From an uncultured Armatimonadetes bacterium (GTDB lineage Bacteria; Armatimonadota; Hebobacteria; Hebobacterales; Hebobacteraceae): a stretch of 64,000 nt of DNA. The translations under genes were made by a program, and so were the position numbers. The stretch is taken from contig OY970296.1 of NCBI GenBank assembly GCA_963716175.1, positions 3,552,001 to 3,616,000 of the forward strand. Reading direction: 5' to 3'. How positions within the stretch are numbered: position 1 is the first letter of the stretch; each line of letters starts with the position of its first letter. The notes under the pieces were generated by a model, which saw only the letters and a program-made list of their open reading frames with translations, was not told the origin of the DNA and did no database searches. This document shows, in pieces, positions 19,174 to 28,880 of this stretch.

Positions 19174-19863
19174 CTAGGGCAGCCGATGTTCACCAGACCG
19201 CGCTGCCCCGAGTGCCTTGAGGCCTGATTGGGCGGCGGCATTGGCTGGGTCCAAGGCCAGCGCACGCCGGAATGCGCGCTCCGCCCCCGGCGCGTCGTCT
19301 GCCTTCCAGAGCGCGAAGCCAAGGAGCGCCTGTATTCGCGGCGCCTGGGGCACCAGCCTCGCGGCCTCTTCCGCGGACCGCCGCGCCTGGGCCGCCTGTC
19401 CCAGGCTCAGTAGCTGGTACGCTAACATGGCATGGGCTATGCCCTCGCGCGGGTCCAGCTCAATGGACCTGCGCAGCGACTGCACCGCGCCTCGACTATC
19501 GCCCATCGCTCCCAGCACATCGCCCAGTTCGAGCGCGGCGCCGGGATCATCGGGTTTCGTCTCCGCCACCGCTCTCAGCTCGCGCGCCGCGGCCGATGTA
19601 TTGCTTTCCGCGAGCAGGTGCATCGCCAGTTCCCGCCGCGCGCGGGGGTTGTCGGGGGACAGGGAGAGCGCTTGCTCGACTTTCGCGCGAGCGGCAGCAC
19701 CTTCGGCTTTTGCGCCCAGCTTCTGCGCCTCATCCACTAACCGGTCGGATTGCGCCAGGCCCCGGACGCGCGGAAGCTCTGCCAGCGCCAGTCCCAGGGC
19801 CAGCACCGCGCCGAGGCTCGCCAGTACGATGAGTATGCGGAGAGTGGTATTCCGCGCTTCCAT
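19174..19863 (-). CDS. Membrane-anchored tetratricopeptide-repeat protein
   Basis: N-terminal TM helix, then TPR repeats (ALSLSPDN, SIELDP, ALALDPAN). Confidence 0.85.
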   Translation of the reverse strand: MEARNTTLRILIVLASLGAVLALGLALAELPRVRGLAQSDRLVDEAQKLGAKAEGAAARAKVEQALSLSPDNPRARRELAMHLLAESNTSAAARELRAVAETKPDDPGAALELGDVLGAMGDSRGAVQSLRRSIELDPREGIAHAMLAYQLLSLGQAAQARRSAEEAARLVPQAPRIQALLGFALWKADDAPGAERAFRRALALDPANAAAQSGLKALGAARSGEHRLP

Positions 19864-19867
19864 GTCT

Positions 19868-21616
19868 CTACCCGGCCGCCCGGCGAGCCCTGCCCGAGCG
19901 GACTACCTTGAAGGTTCCGGACGTCTTCTGCCATGCCACCAGGTAGTCGCCTGGGAGCAGCACCGACCAGGCCATTTCCCGGGGCGAGATGTCTCCATCT
20001 TGCCGCACCACACGCACCGGAACCGGCCGGCCCCTCCGCAGTGCCACTGCTTGTTCGAGGCTATTGCGGAAGACTTGTGCTCCCAGGTGGGTCTCTGGCA
20101 GATCCTGTACGTACAGGGCCAGATGGCCGCTTGGCCCTTGCAGCCGGTCTGCCAGATCAGCGCTGGCAGTAACGATCCGGGCCGCGGTTCGTCTCGCTTC
20201 CCTCCAGGGCAAGATGTACCAGGAGGTCAGACCAGCGGCGACGAGGAGGACGACCGCGATCCCAGCTCCGCGCTGCCAGCCCATCTGGCGCGCACTGCAC
20301 AGATCGCCGAAGAGCCACACCAGGCCAATCGTTGGCAAGTAAGCGAACCGGCTGTGTTCCAAGTCTGGCGCGGCTGCCGCCAGCGTCCACGCTGGCACCA
20401 GCATGAACAGGAAGAAGCCCGACCACAGCATGAGCCGACGACCGGGCACTCCTCCGAGTTGGCGCATCATCCACAGCAGGCCCAGTGCCATCAGCACCAC
20501 AGTGACGGGCAGCCAGGGTCCACCCGCGAGCCGGAACAGGTCCTGATGAACCGGGAAGAAGAAGGCGACGATATGCCGAAAGGGCGTCCATGGCAAGACG
20601 GTGTCGTGGGCAGTCAGGTGGAGAGGGTATCCGCCCAGTCCGCCCCTGACGTGAATGCGCCACGCCAGATACCCGCAGAGCACGATCGAGTAGCATCCCC
20701 CGACCATCACTGTGCGCCGCCAGCGGCCTTCCGGCTGCCCCAGAGCGGCCCAGAGCAGGGCCGCCGCTGGCAGCGCCAGGGCCGCCTCCTTGCTCAACAG
20801 GGCAAGCAGGAAGCTGCCCAGCGCGGCGGCCATGGCGAGCCACTGCCAGGCCCGCGCGGAGGAGGTGAGATAGGCCTGCAGGCTGAGCAGGGACAGGAGA
20901 CAGAAGCAGGTGCACAGCAGGTCGGCGCTGCAGGAGGCCCAGACCACGGTTTCCACGTGAAGCGGATGCAACGCGAACAGCATTCCCGCCAGGCCCGCCC
21001 CCAGTCTGCTGCCGGTCACACGACTCGCCAGCAGGTAGACCAGGACCGAGTTGGCCGCGTGCAGAGAGACGCTGGCGAGATGATAGCCCATGGGCGCCCC
21101 TGCCCAGGCCTTCACGCCGATCCACCATAGCAGCATGGACACCGGCCGAGAGAAGTACTCCAGCACCTGACTGGTTGCTGCTTCGCGTAGGCCTCCGGCG
21201 GACTGCGCCACCCAGAGCAACCCGAAGTCGTCCGAGAGGAGGCCGACCTTCAGGCTTGGGAGATACACCAGGATGGCGGCCGCTATCACGGCAGTGGCAG
21301 GAGCCAGGCTCCTGCCCAATATGGCAGGCGCCGCCCGCGTCTCCGGCGTCTTGCTCGCGGCCGCAGGCGAGAAACCCAAGAGCCCGCGCCCGGCCACGGC
21401 CACCACTACCAGGCAGAGGGCGGCGACATTCGCGCTCCATTCCGCTGTCGGGAGGGCCGGCAGAAACCACCACCGCCACGCCAGGGCGGCCACCGCGATG
21501 CCGGCCGCCGCATTCACCAGGCGACGATCTCGCCTCCCGGCGGCCGCGGCGAGCCGGCCGGTCTTGCTCGTCCTCTTCCCGCGGGCGCGAGGTGGGCGCT
21601 TGAGGCCGTGGTGCAC
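19868..21616 (-). CDS. GT-C-fold membrane glycosyltransferase-like protein (TMTC/ArnT-like)
   Basis: LSDDF, YFSRPVS, YHLASVSLHAAN, LFALHPLHVETVVW, ALLSKEAAL; start set at GTG 21616, just after the upstream stop. Confidence 0.8.
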   Translation of the reverse strand: MHHGLKRPPRARGKRTSKTGRLAAAAGRRDRRLVNAAAGIAVAALAWRWWFLPALPTAEWSANVAALCLVVVAVAGRGLLGFSPAAASKTPETRAAPAILGRSLAPATAVIAAAILVYLPSLKVGLLSDDFGLLWVAQSAGGLREAATSQVLEYFSRPVSMLLWWIGVKAWAGAPMGYHLASVSLHAANSVLVYLLASRVTGSRLGAGLAGMLFALHPLHVETVVWASCSADLLCTCFCLLSLLSLQAYLTSSARAWQWLAMAAALGSFLLALLSKEAALALPAAALLWAALGQPEGRWRRTVMVGGCYSIVLCGYLAWRIHVRGGLGGYPLHLTAHDTVLPWTPFRHIVAFFFPVHQDLFRLAGGPWLPVTVVLMALGLLWMMRQLGGVPGRRLMLWSGFFLFMLVPAWTLAAAAPDLEHSRFAYLPTIGLVWLFGDLCSARQMGWQRGAGIAVVLLVAAGLTSWYILPWREARRTAARIVTASADLADRLQGPSGHLALYVQDLPETHLGAQVFRNSLEQAVALRRGRPVPVRVVRQDGDISPREMAWSVLLPGDYLVAWQKTSGTFKVVRSGRARRAAG

Positions 21617-21618
21617 TT

Positions 21619-22206
21619 TCAGTCCCCCAGGCTGAGCTGCGCCAACCGCCGCCCCAGATCGCGCGCGGCCTCTAGCGCTCGCGCGTCTTGCAGAACATCG
21701 CCCGGGTCGCGTCCCACCGCACATACCTGCCAGCCCGCGTCGGAGGGGGAACCGGCCAGCATCATCCCGTGGTTGAGGGCGCAGGCGAGAACATGCGTGG
21801 CCGCCACCTCCTGGCCGCCCCAACGTGCGGCCCCGACCGTCACCACGGCGATCACCTTGCCCGACAGCTTGCGTCCCATCCACCACAGCGGCCGCATGCG
21901 GTCGAAGACCGCTTTCAACTGCGCTGTCATGCTGTTGAGATAGACTGGCGTGCCGAACACGATGGCATCGGCCCAACCGAGCAGGGGATAGAGCTCCGTC
22001 ATGTCATCCTGTTGGACGCAGCGGCCGGAGGGATCGCGCACACAAGAGGCGCAGGCGGTGCAGGGCATGATGGTTCTTCCCGCGACCGTGAACAGGGTGG
22101 CGGCCGCGCCCTCCTCCCGCGCCGCCTCCAGCACCCGCTCCATCAACAGCTCCGTATTCCCGCCCTTCCGCGGGCTGCCGACGAGGCCGAGGATATGCTG
22201 CATCAT
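21619..22206 (-). CDS. Flavodoxin-fold iron-sulfur flavoprotein (NADPH-dependent FMN reductase family)
   Basis: GSPRKGGNT, CTACASC..C, DDM, GTPVY, GGQE. Confidence 0.92.
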   Translation of the reverse strand: MMQHILGLVGSPRKGGNTELLMERVLEAAREEGAAATLFTVAGRTIMPCTACASCVRDPSGRCVQQDDMTELYPLLGWADAIVFGTPVYLNSMTAQLKAVFDRMRPLWWMGRKLSGKVIAVVTVGAARWGGQEVAATHVLACALNHGMMLAGSPSDAGWQVCAVGRDPGDVLQDARALEAARDLGRRLAQLSLGD

Positions 22207-22355
22207 TGCCTCTCTCAGTTGGGCTGCGTTTATCCACGGGGCCGGCTGGGTCCTGCTATTCAGCCGGGTGCTGGAAAGACTGAGCCGTCTGGGTTATAGT
22301 TGGGTGCGTCAGCCGGGGTGGGTGCCTGCCTCTGGCCCGGGTCTGGACGCGACCA

Positions 22356-23936
22356 ATGGCGAATCGGCTAACGAACAACATGCTTCGCCGCCTCGCCTCC
22401 GAGATCGGCGTCGTCCGCAAGGACCACGGCGGCCGGCTCCGCGTCTGCCTGGTCTACCCGAACACCTACTTCGTGGGCATGTCCAGCCTGGGCTTGCAGG
22501 CCGTCTACCATCTCTTCAACGCCCGCCCCAATGTGGTCTGCGAGCGGGCCTTCTTGCCTGACCCCGCGGACTTGGCCGACCTGGTCCGCACCGGCGCCCC
22601 GCTAGTCTCCTATGAGTCACAGACTCCTCTCCAGCAGTTCGATGCCATCGCCTTCTCCATCTCCTATGAACTCGATTACATGAATCTCGCGCGGGTGCTG
22701 CGGCTAGCGAAGCTGCCAGTGATGGCCCACGAACGGGACGACCGCCATCCCCTGGTTGTGGCCGGAGGCGCGGCCGTTTCCATCAACCCGGAGCCGCTCG
22801 CCGACCTGGTGGATTTGTTCGTGGTAGGAGAGGCGGAGCCGGTTTGCGATCGGTTGCTGGCGGCGCTCGCCGGCCGCCTGTCGAGAGAAGAGCTGCTGGC
22901 AGGGCTGCCGGACCTGCCAGGGGTACACGTTCCGGCCCGAGGAAGCTTGCATGAGGGCTTGGCGAGGAGAGCCGTCCAACGCCAATATGCCCGGCCTTTG
23001 GATGCCTGGCCGACTCACTCGCGCCTCCTCACGCCGGACACGGAGTTCGGCAACCTATTCCTGGTTGAGGCCGCCCGCGGCTGCGGGCGGGGCTGCAAGT
23101 TCTGCGTGACGCCGGCCTGCTACTGGCCGTTGCGGTGGCGCTCGGCGGGGAAGATCATGGAATCAGTGGAGGCCGGTCTGGCCCACCGCGATGCGGTGGG
23201 CCTGGTCGGTGCTGCTGTCTCCGACCACCCCGAGATCGAGGAGATCGCGCGCCGCATCCGAGGGGCGGGCGCCAGACTGTCGGTCTCCTCCTTGCGCGCG
23301 GACACGGTGTCTCCAGCGCTCATCGGAGTTCTGGCCGGGAGCGGCGCCCGCAGCATCACCGTGGCGCCGGAGGCGGGGAGCGACCGGCTGCGCGCGGCAA
23401 TCGGCAAGGGTATCTCGGAGCAGGAGATCATCAAGGCGCTGCGCACGGCCGCCGACGGCGGCATCAGGGAGGCAAAGCTCTATTTCATGGTGGGCTTGCC
23501 CGGGGAAGGGGAGGAGGACGTCGCCGCCATACCCGCCCTGGTCCGTAAGTGCCTCACGGCCGCCCACCTCGGCGCGCTGACCGTCGCCGTCGGTGCATTC
23601 GTGCCCAAACCCCACACCCCGTACGAACGTGAGCCCATGCTGTGGGTCGCCGAGCTCTGGCGCCGGCTGCGCGCCGTCCGCGAGGAGCTGCGGGGCGAAC
23701 CGCGGGTCAAGTTGGCGCTGGAGAGCGCCAACTGGTCCTACCTGGAGGGGGCGCTCAGTCGGGGTGACAGGCGCCTGGGGCCGGTTATCGCTGCCGCGGA
23801 AGCGAGGGGAGGCAACCTGGCGGCCTGGCGCACCGCCTTCCGAGAGGCCGGCCTGAGCGCCGAGCAGTTCGCCGGTCGCGCCCCTGAAGGTGAGCTGCCC
23901 TGGGGGTTCATCCTCCCAGACGGGAGCAGTTTCTGA
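22356..23936 (+). CDS. Radical SAM protein, TIGR03960/YgiQ-like
   Basis: YPNTYFVGMSSLG, ARGCGRGCKFC, SSLRAD, APEAGS.RLR, KLYFMVGLP, FVPKPHTP. Confidence 0.88.
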   Translation: MANRLTNNMLRRLASEIGVVRKDHGGRLRVCLVYPNTYFVGMSSLGLQAVYHLFNARPNVVCERAFLPDPADLADLVRTGAPLVSYESQTPLQQFDAIAFSISYELDYMNLARVLRLAKLPVMAHERDDRHPLVVAGGAAVSINPEPLADLVDLFVVGEAEPVCDRLLAALAGRLSREELLAGLPDLPGVHVPARGSLHEGLARRAVQRQYARPLDAWPTHSRLLTPDTEFGNLFLVEAARGCGRGCKFCVTPACYWPLRWRSAGKIMESVEAGLAHRDAVGLVGAAVSDHPEIEEIARRIRGAGARLSVSSLRADTVSPALIGVLAGSGARSITVAPEAGSDRLRAAIGKGISEQEIIKALRTAADGGIREAKLYFMVGLPGEGEEDVAAIPALVRKCLTAAHLGALTVAVGAFVPKPHTPYEREPMLWVAELWRRLRAVREELRGEPRVKLALESANWSYLEGALSRGDRRLGPVIAAAEARGGNLAAWRTAFREAGLSAEQFAGRAPEGELPWGFILPDGSSF

Positions 23937-24077
23937 CGCGAGGGGCGCCGGCCGCTCGCGAGCCCCTGCGGGAACGAGGAAATGACAGGCCGGCCCGAGT
24001 TGAGGCTAGGCCCAGATGGCAGGTAGTGTCATCTGGGTCGCCGAAAGATAGGCTGTAGGGTGCAGATGTAGTGCAGA

Positions 24078-24106
24078 TTGACTTGACCTGGCCGCCGTGC
24101 TAGCAT
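24078..24106 (+). promoter_or_regulatory. sigma70-type promoter of the six-gene envelope operon
   Basis: TTGACT-N17-TAGCAT with TG extension; GTGCAGAT direct repeat (11-bp period) abuts the -35. Confidence 0.6.
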
Positions 24107-24201
24107 GGCGCTCGGATGAGGACTTGGCCGGCGGCGGAGAGAACGCGGCCGGCGAGGGTTTTGGACTGGCCCTCCGCCGGCAAAGCAGGAGGCGACTCGA
24201 C

Positions 24202-27200
24202 ATGAACGCAGCGCTCCGGTTCGGCATGCGGCGGGGGTTGATCTTTGGGCTCAGTGGTCTGCTCCTTGCCGTTCTCTGGGCCTCTTCCCCGGCGCTCGCG
24301 GCGCTGGGGAAGAAAGAGCCGACCCCGGAGCAGAAGAAGTGGTGGAAGACCTTCTCGAATGAGGTCAAGTCGGCCAATATCGAGCGCCACGTCGTCAACC
24401 TGAGCAACTCAGGTCCTCGCCTGGCTGGCTATCCCGGGGCCGAGGTGGCGGCCGAGTATATCGCGAAGGAAGTGCAGGCCCTGGGCCTGAAGGATGCCAG
24501 CCACGGCGGCCTCGATCCCAAGCTCCCCTACCGCGAAGCTTACTGGGTGACCGTTCCCTGGGTCTGGGGGCAGCCCACGGTGGAGGTGCTGGTCGGCGGC
24601 AAAGCCGTGGCGAGCTATCCGGTCTATCCCCTCTGGCCGAACCTGGTCCGGACCTCCCAATTGCCGGAAGGGGGCAAGACCTACCGCTTGATAGCTGGCG
24701 GTGATGGAAGTCTGGCCGAGTTCAGCGGGAAAGACGTCGAGGACACGGCCGTTCTGCTGCAGTTCTCCGGTGGCACCACGTGGCTGAACGCCCCTCGCCT
24801 GGGCGCCCGCGCGGTGATCTTCATCGAGCCGGAGGCGCTCGAGCGGGGCGAGGCCGAGGCCAAGTTCCTGCGCATCCCCATCAACATCCCTCGCTACTGG
24901 ATCTCCCGCAGCGATGCCAACCGCTTGATCGCCAGGCTGAAGTCCCAGCCGGAGGTGATGATCCGGATTCAGTGCCACATGACCTGGGAGAGAAAGCAGG
25001 CCTGGAATATCGTGGCCGAGATCCCGGGCACCGACAAAGAGCTGAAGAAGCAGGCGGTCTATCTCACCGCCTACTACGACACCATGTCCATGGTGCCCCA
25101 GCTCTCGCCAGGGGCCGAGAGCACCGCGGGGGCGGCCAGCCTGCTCGAGCTGACCAGGATTCTGGCCAGGTATCCCCCCAAACGCACGGTGCGGGTGATC
25201 TTCAACGGGGCCCATTTCCTGGGTCTGGCTGGGGTTCGCAACTACGTCGCCACGCACCTGAAGGAGCTGACCGACGGCCTGCCGGTGAGGGAGCGGACGC
25301 GCTTCTTGGGGTTGATCCCCTACACCCACACCGTGATGAAGAAGATGCCGATCAACCTCTTCCTGGCTTTCGACCTGTCCACTCACCACAGCCGGGTTGG
25401 CCTCTTCTACAAGGGGTTCTTCTACGACCAGCGCGAGGATATGGATATCAGCCGCCAGTTCTCTGATTTCGCCCGCACCCTGAGAGAGAATGCGGGGCTG
25501 ATGGCGGATTGGGAGACGACCAAGGGCTTCACTGACGCCGAGGCCGGGTTCGCGGATGGCGTGAACCCGATCTACGGCAAGCCCTGGCGCACCTTCATCT
25601 TCGGGAAGATCGCGCTGGACAATGAGCCCATCACTCTGGGTGGGGGACGGGGAGCAGGCTTCGTCACCACCGATGACTCCCGGCCCCTGTTGGACACCCC
25701 CTTCGACACCGTTGACCAGGTGAACTTCAAGAACCTGTACACGCAGAGCTGCTTCCTTGCCGCCACCCTGTGGGACGTCGTGAACGACCCCAAGATGCCG
25801 GTGGACAAGGACCCCAAGTTCGCGCGGATGACGCTCTCCGGCGGCTTCGCCGAGCTGACGGCGAAGGCCCTGGCCTTCGATCCCACCAGGAGCGTGGTGG
25901 CCGACAAAGTGGTGTCAGGCACCATGGTGGTGGCTCGCATGTCGGACTCCACCCTGATGGGCACGCGCGGTGACCTGGTGGAGATCGTTGACGACCGGGG
26001 CCGCAGCCACTTCTGGGGTTACCCCACCATCAACGCTTACGGCTGGCGCAAGCCCAGCTACATCGAGGCCTACCACACCAACCCGCAGACCGGCGACATT
26101 GACTACGCTCCCGACTGGGGCCCCATGGTCAGCCGCAGCAACCCCGATCCCACCCAGTTCTTCATCACCTCCGGCAAGAAAGAATGCACCATCGTCATCT
26201 TCGACTGCGTCCCCATTGCCCTCTATGACCTGGTTGACCCGCAGAGCCTGACCACGCTCCGCTATATCAAGGTCTACGACGGCCAGACCGATGCCGAGCC
26301 CAGACGCTACGGGCTGACCGTTCCCCATCCCGAGCCGCTGCGCGGCCATGTGGAGGACGTGGCCCTGGTGTTTGCGGACAAGGGCCAGCGGGTGAAGGTG
26401 ATGATGGGCCTGGGGGGCGGCTCGATCCGCATGCTGTTGCTGAACGCGGCGACCATCAGCCCCAAGTACGAGAGCGGGCTGGGGTATCTCGCGGACAAGC
26501 CCTTCGCGCTCTCCCACACCCCGCTGCGGGTGACACAGGACATGTGGAAGCTGGACGACCTGCGGATGAAGAAGCTGGAGGGCTTCCGCATCGTGAATGA
26601 GGTGGTGCGATCCCTGCACACCACCGCCGGGACGCTGCTGGCGAAAGCGCAGAAGGCGCTGGACCGCAAAGACTACGAGCTGGCCGATGCCGAGGCGCGA
26701 GCGGCCTGGGGCTATGAGGCGCGGGCCTATCCCGCCGTGCTCTCCACTATGAACGACGTGGTGAAGGGCGTGCTCTTCTACCTCGCGCTGATGCTGCCGT
26801 TCGCCTTTTTCGTGGAGCGCCTGGTGTTCGCTTTCCCCAACCTGCGCACCCAGATCTTCGGCATCGTCATCATCTTCGCGGTGATCTGCCTGATCTTCAG
26901 CTTCATCCATCCCGCCTTCGAGATCACCAAGAACCCCTGGATCGTGCCGCTGGCCTTCATTATGGTGGCCCTCAGCGTGTTGGTGATCACGCTGGTGACG
27001 ATGAAGTTCGAGACTCAGCTCAAGATGCTCCAGATGAAAGTCTCCGGGGTGCACCGCGCCGACATCGGGCGCATGAGCGTGGCCGCCGCGGCCTTCGCCC
27101 TGGGGATCAGCAACATGCGCAAGCGCCGCGCCCGCACCGTGTTCACCTGCCTCACCCTGATCCTGCTCACCTTCACCGTGCTCTCCTTCACCTCGGTGAA

Positions 27201-28839
27201 GACCGCCACTCGCTACAACGAGCGCCGCGCCAAGGGCAAGCCCACCTACCAGGGCCTGCTGGTGCGCAACGCCATGTGGGAGCCGCTGGAGGAGTCAGCC
27301 TATCGGGTGCTGGATGACGAGTTCGGCCGCAGCCGGGCGGTGGCGCCTCGCGCCTGGTTCTTCACCTCCAAGACCGAGGAGCAGTCCTTCCTGCTCGTGA
27401 AGAGCCCGGCCACCGGGACCACCTACGACGCCCGCGCAGTCACCGGGCTGACCCCGGCCGAAACCGAGGTCACCGGCCTCAACCACGCCCTGCTACCTGG
27501 CGGGCGCTGGTTCCGGCCCGGCGACGTGCATGCCGCCATCATCTCCGCCCGCATGGCGGACGCCTTCCACCTTCTGCCGAGCGATGCGGGGAAGGTGAAG
27601 ATTGACCTGGGCGGCGTGCCGTATGACCTGATCGGCATCCTCGACGCCAGCAAGGCGAAGCGCATCCTGGATCTGGACCAGGAACCGCTCACCCCGGTGG
27701 ACTGGATTCAGATGCAGCGCATGGCGCGGCAGGGCGGCGGCCAGCAGCAGCAGGGCCAGAAGTCAGGGTTCCAGGAGTACCTGCACCTCTCGCCCGACCA
27801 GGTGGTGTTCGTGCCCTTCAACACCGCCATCAACCTGGGGGCGGAGGTCGAGTCCGTGGCGGTGAGCTTCATCACCCCGCAGGAGGTGAAGCAGACCCTC
27901 CGCGCCCTCATGCCCAGGCTCGGCTTCAACCTCTACGCCGGCACCGGCACTGAGATCCGCAAGTGGAGCGCCATCGGGCGCACCTCCATCTCCGGGATGA
28001 GCGATATCCTCATCCCCATCCTGATCGCGGCCCTGATCGTGCTCAACACCATGCTGGGCGCGGTCTACGAGCGGGTGCGAGAGATTCACATCTTCAGCTC
28101 CATCGGGCTCGCCCCCAGCCACATCGCCACCCTGTTCATGGCCGAGTCCTTCGTCTACGCCATCCTGGGCGCCATCTTCGGCTACCTCATCGGCCAGGGT
28201 ATGGCCAAGATCATCACCGCCCTGCACCTTCTGCCCGGCCTCTACCTCAACTACTCGTCCGTGTCGGCGGTGGCCTCCACCACCGTGGTCATCGGCGTGG
28301 TGCTGCTGTCCACGGTGTATCCGGCTCGCAAGGCCTCCGAGGTAGCCACGCCAGCGCTCGATCGCCGGTGGCAGGTGCCGGAGCCAGTTGGCGATTCCTG
28401 GGACATCCCCCTGCCCTTCGCGGTCACTGGCGAACAGGCCAACGCGCTCATCCGGTTCATGGTGGAGTGGTTCGAGGCCTATGAGGAGTATTCCATCGGG
28501 GATTTCGTCACCCAGGATGTCACCAACTTCGAGGAGAAGGCGGATTACGGCACTGCCTACGTGATTCAGCTCATGGCCTGGGTGGCGCCCTTCGACCTGG
28601 GCGTCAGCCAGAAGGTGCAGCTGCGGACCGTGCCCACCGACATGGAGGACGTGTTCGAGATCATGCTCCACCTGGAGCGTGTGAGCGGAGACGTCTCATC
28701 CTGGCGGCGGGTGAATCGCCGCTTCCTCAACACCTTGCGCAAGCAATTCCTGATCTGGCGGACGCTGCGAGCGGAAGAGCGAGACCGCTATCTGGGCCTG
28801 ACCCCGGCCGCCGGCGCCGCCGCGGAGGCCGCCTCCTGA
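24202..28839 (+). CDS. Giant membrane protein (~1545 aa): signal peptide, degenerate M28-peptidase-like ectodomain, TM bundle, MacB/FtsX permease
   Basis: RBS AGGAGG and ATG 24202; TAYYD..PGAES..LLEL.R..PPKRTVRVIF; NMRKRRARTVFT; LNTMLGAVYERVREIHIFSSIG..FMAES; YPARKAS. Confidence 0.88.
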   Translation: MNAALRFGMRRGLIFGLSGLLLAVLWASSPALAALGKKEPTPEQKKWWKTFSNEVKSANIERHVVNLSNSGPRLAGYPGAEVAAEYIAKEVQALGLKDASHGGLDPKLPYREAYWVTVPWVWGQPTVEVLVGGKAVASYPVYPLWPNLVRTSQLPEGGKTYRLIAGGDGSLAEFSGKDVEDTAVLLQFSGGTTWLNAPRLGARAVIFIEPEALERGEAEAKFLRIPINIPRYWISRSDANRLIARLKSQPEVMIRIQCHMTWERKQAWNIVAEIPGTDKELKKQAVYLTAYYDTMSMVPQLSPGAESTAGAASLLELTRILARYPPKRTVRVIFNGAHFLGLAGVRNYVATHLKELTDGLPVRERTRFLGLIPYTHTVMKKMPINLFLAFDLSTHHSRVGLFYKGFFYDQREDMDISRQFSDFARTLRENAGLMADWETTKGFTDAEAGFADGVNPIYGKPWRTFIFGKIALDNEPITLGGGRGAGFVTTDDSRPLLDTPFDTVDQVNFKNLYTQSCFLAATLWDVVNDPKMPVDKDPKFARMTLSGGFAELTAKALAFDPTRSVVADKVVSGTMVVARMSDSTLMGTRGDLVEIVDDRGRSHFWGYPTINAYGWRKPSYIEAYHTNPQTGDIDYAPDWGPMVSRSNPDPTQFFITSGKKECTIVIFDCVPIALYDLVDPQSLTTLRYIKVYDGQTDAEPRRYGLTVPHPEPLRGHVEDVALVFADKGQRVKVMMGLGGGSIRMLLLNAATISPKYESGLGYLADKPFALSHTPLRVTQDMWKLDDLRMKKLEGFRIVNEVVRSLHTTAGTLLAKAQKALDRKDYELADAEARAAWGYEARAYPAVLSTMNDVVKGVLFYLALMLPFAFFVERLVFAFPNLRTQIFGIVIIFAVICLIFSFIHPAFEITKNPWIVPLAFIMVALSVLVITLVTMKFETQLKMLQMKVSGVHRADIGRMSVAAAAFALGISNMRKRRARTVFTCLTLILLTFTVLSFTSVKTATRYNERRAKGKPTYQGLLVRNAMWEPLEESAYRVLDDEFGRSRAVAPRAWFFTSKTEEQSFLLVKSPATGTTYDARAVTGLTPAETEVTGLNHALLPGGRWFRPGDVHAAIISARMADAFHLLPSDAGKVKIDLGGVPYDLIGILDASKAKRILDLDQEPLTPVDWIQMQRMARQGGGQQQQGQKSGFQEYLHLSPDQVVFVPFNTAINLGAEVESVAVSFITPQEVKQTLRALMPRLGFNLYAGTGTEIRKWSAIGRTSISGMSDILIPILIAALIVLNTMLGAVYERVREIHIFSSIGLAPSHIATLFMAESFVYAILGAIFGYLIGQGMAKIITALHLLPGLYLNYSSVSAVASTTVVIGVVLLSTVYPARKASEVATPALDRRWQVPEPVGDSWDIPLPFAVTGEQANALIRFMVEWFEAYEEYSIGDFVTQDVTNFEEKADYGTAYVIQLMAWVAPFDLGVSQKVQLRTVPTDMEDVFEIMLHLERVSGDVSSWRRVNRRFLNTLRKQFLIWRTLRAEERDRYLGLTPAAGAAAEAAS

Positions 28840-28880
28840 GGGGGGCTGGAGAGCAAGTGGTTCCATTCTACACAGGATAG

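Noticed and set aside
21617-21976. N-terminal extension of the GT-C protein in the ORF track
   Set aside because: Overlaps the flavoprotein gene in another frame
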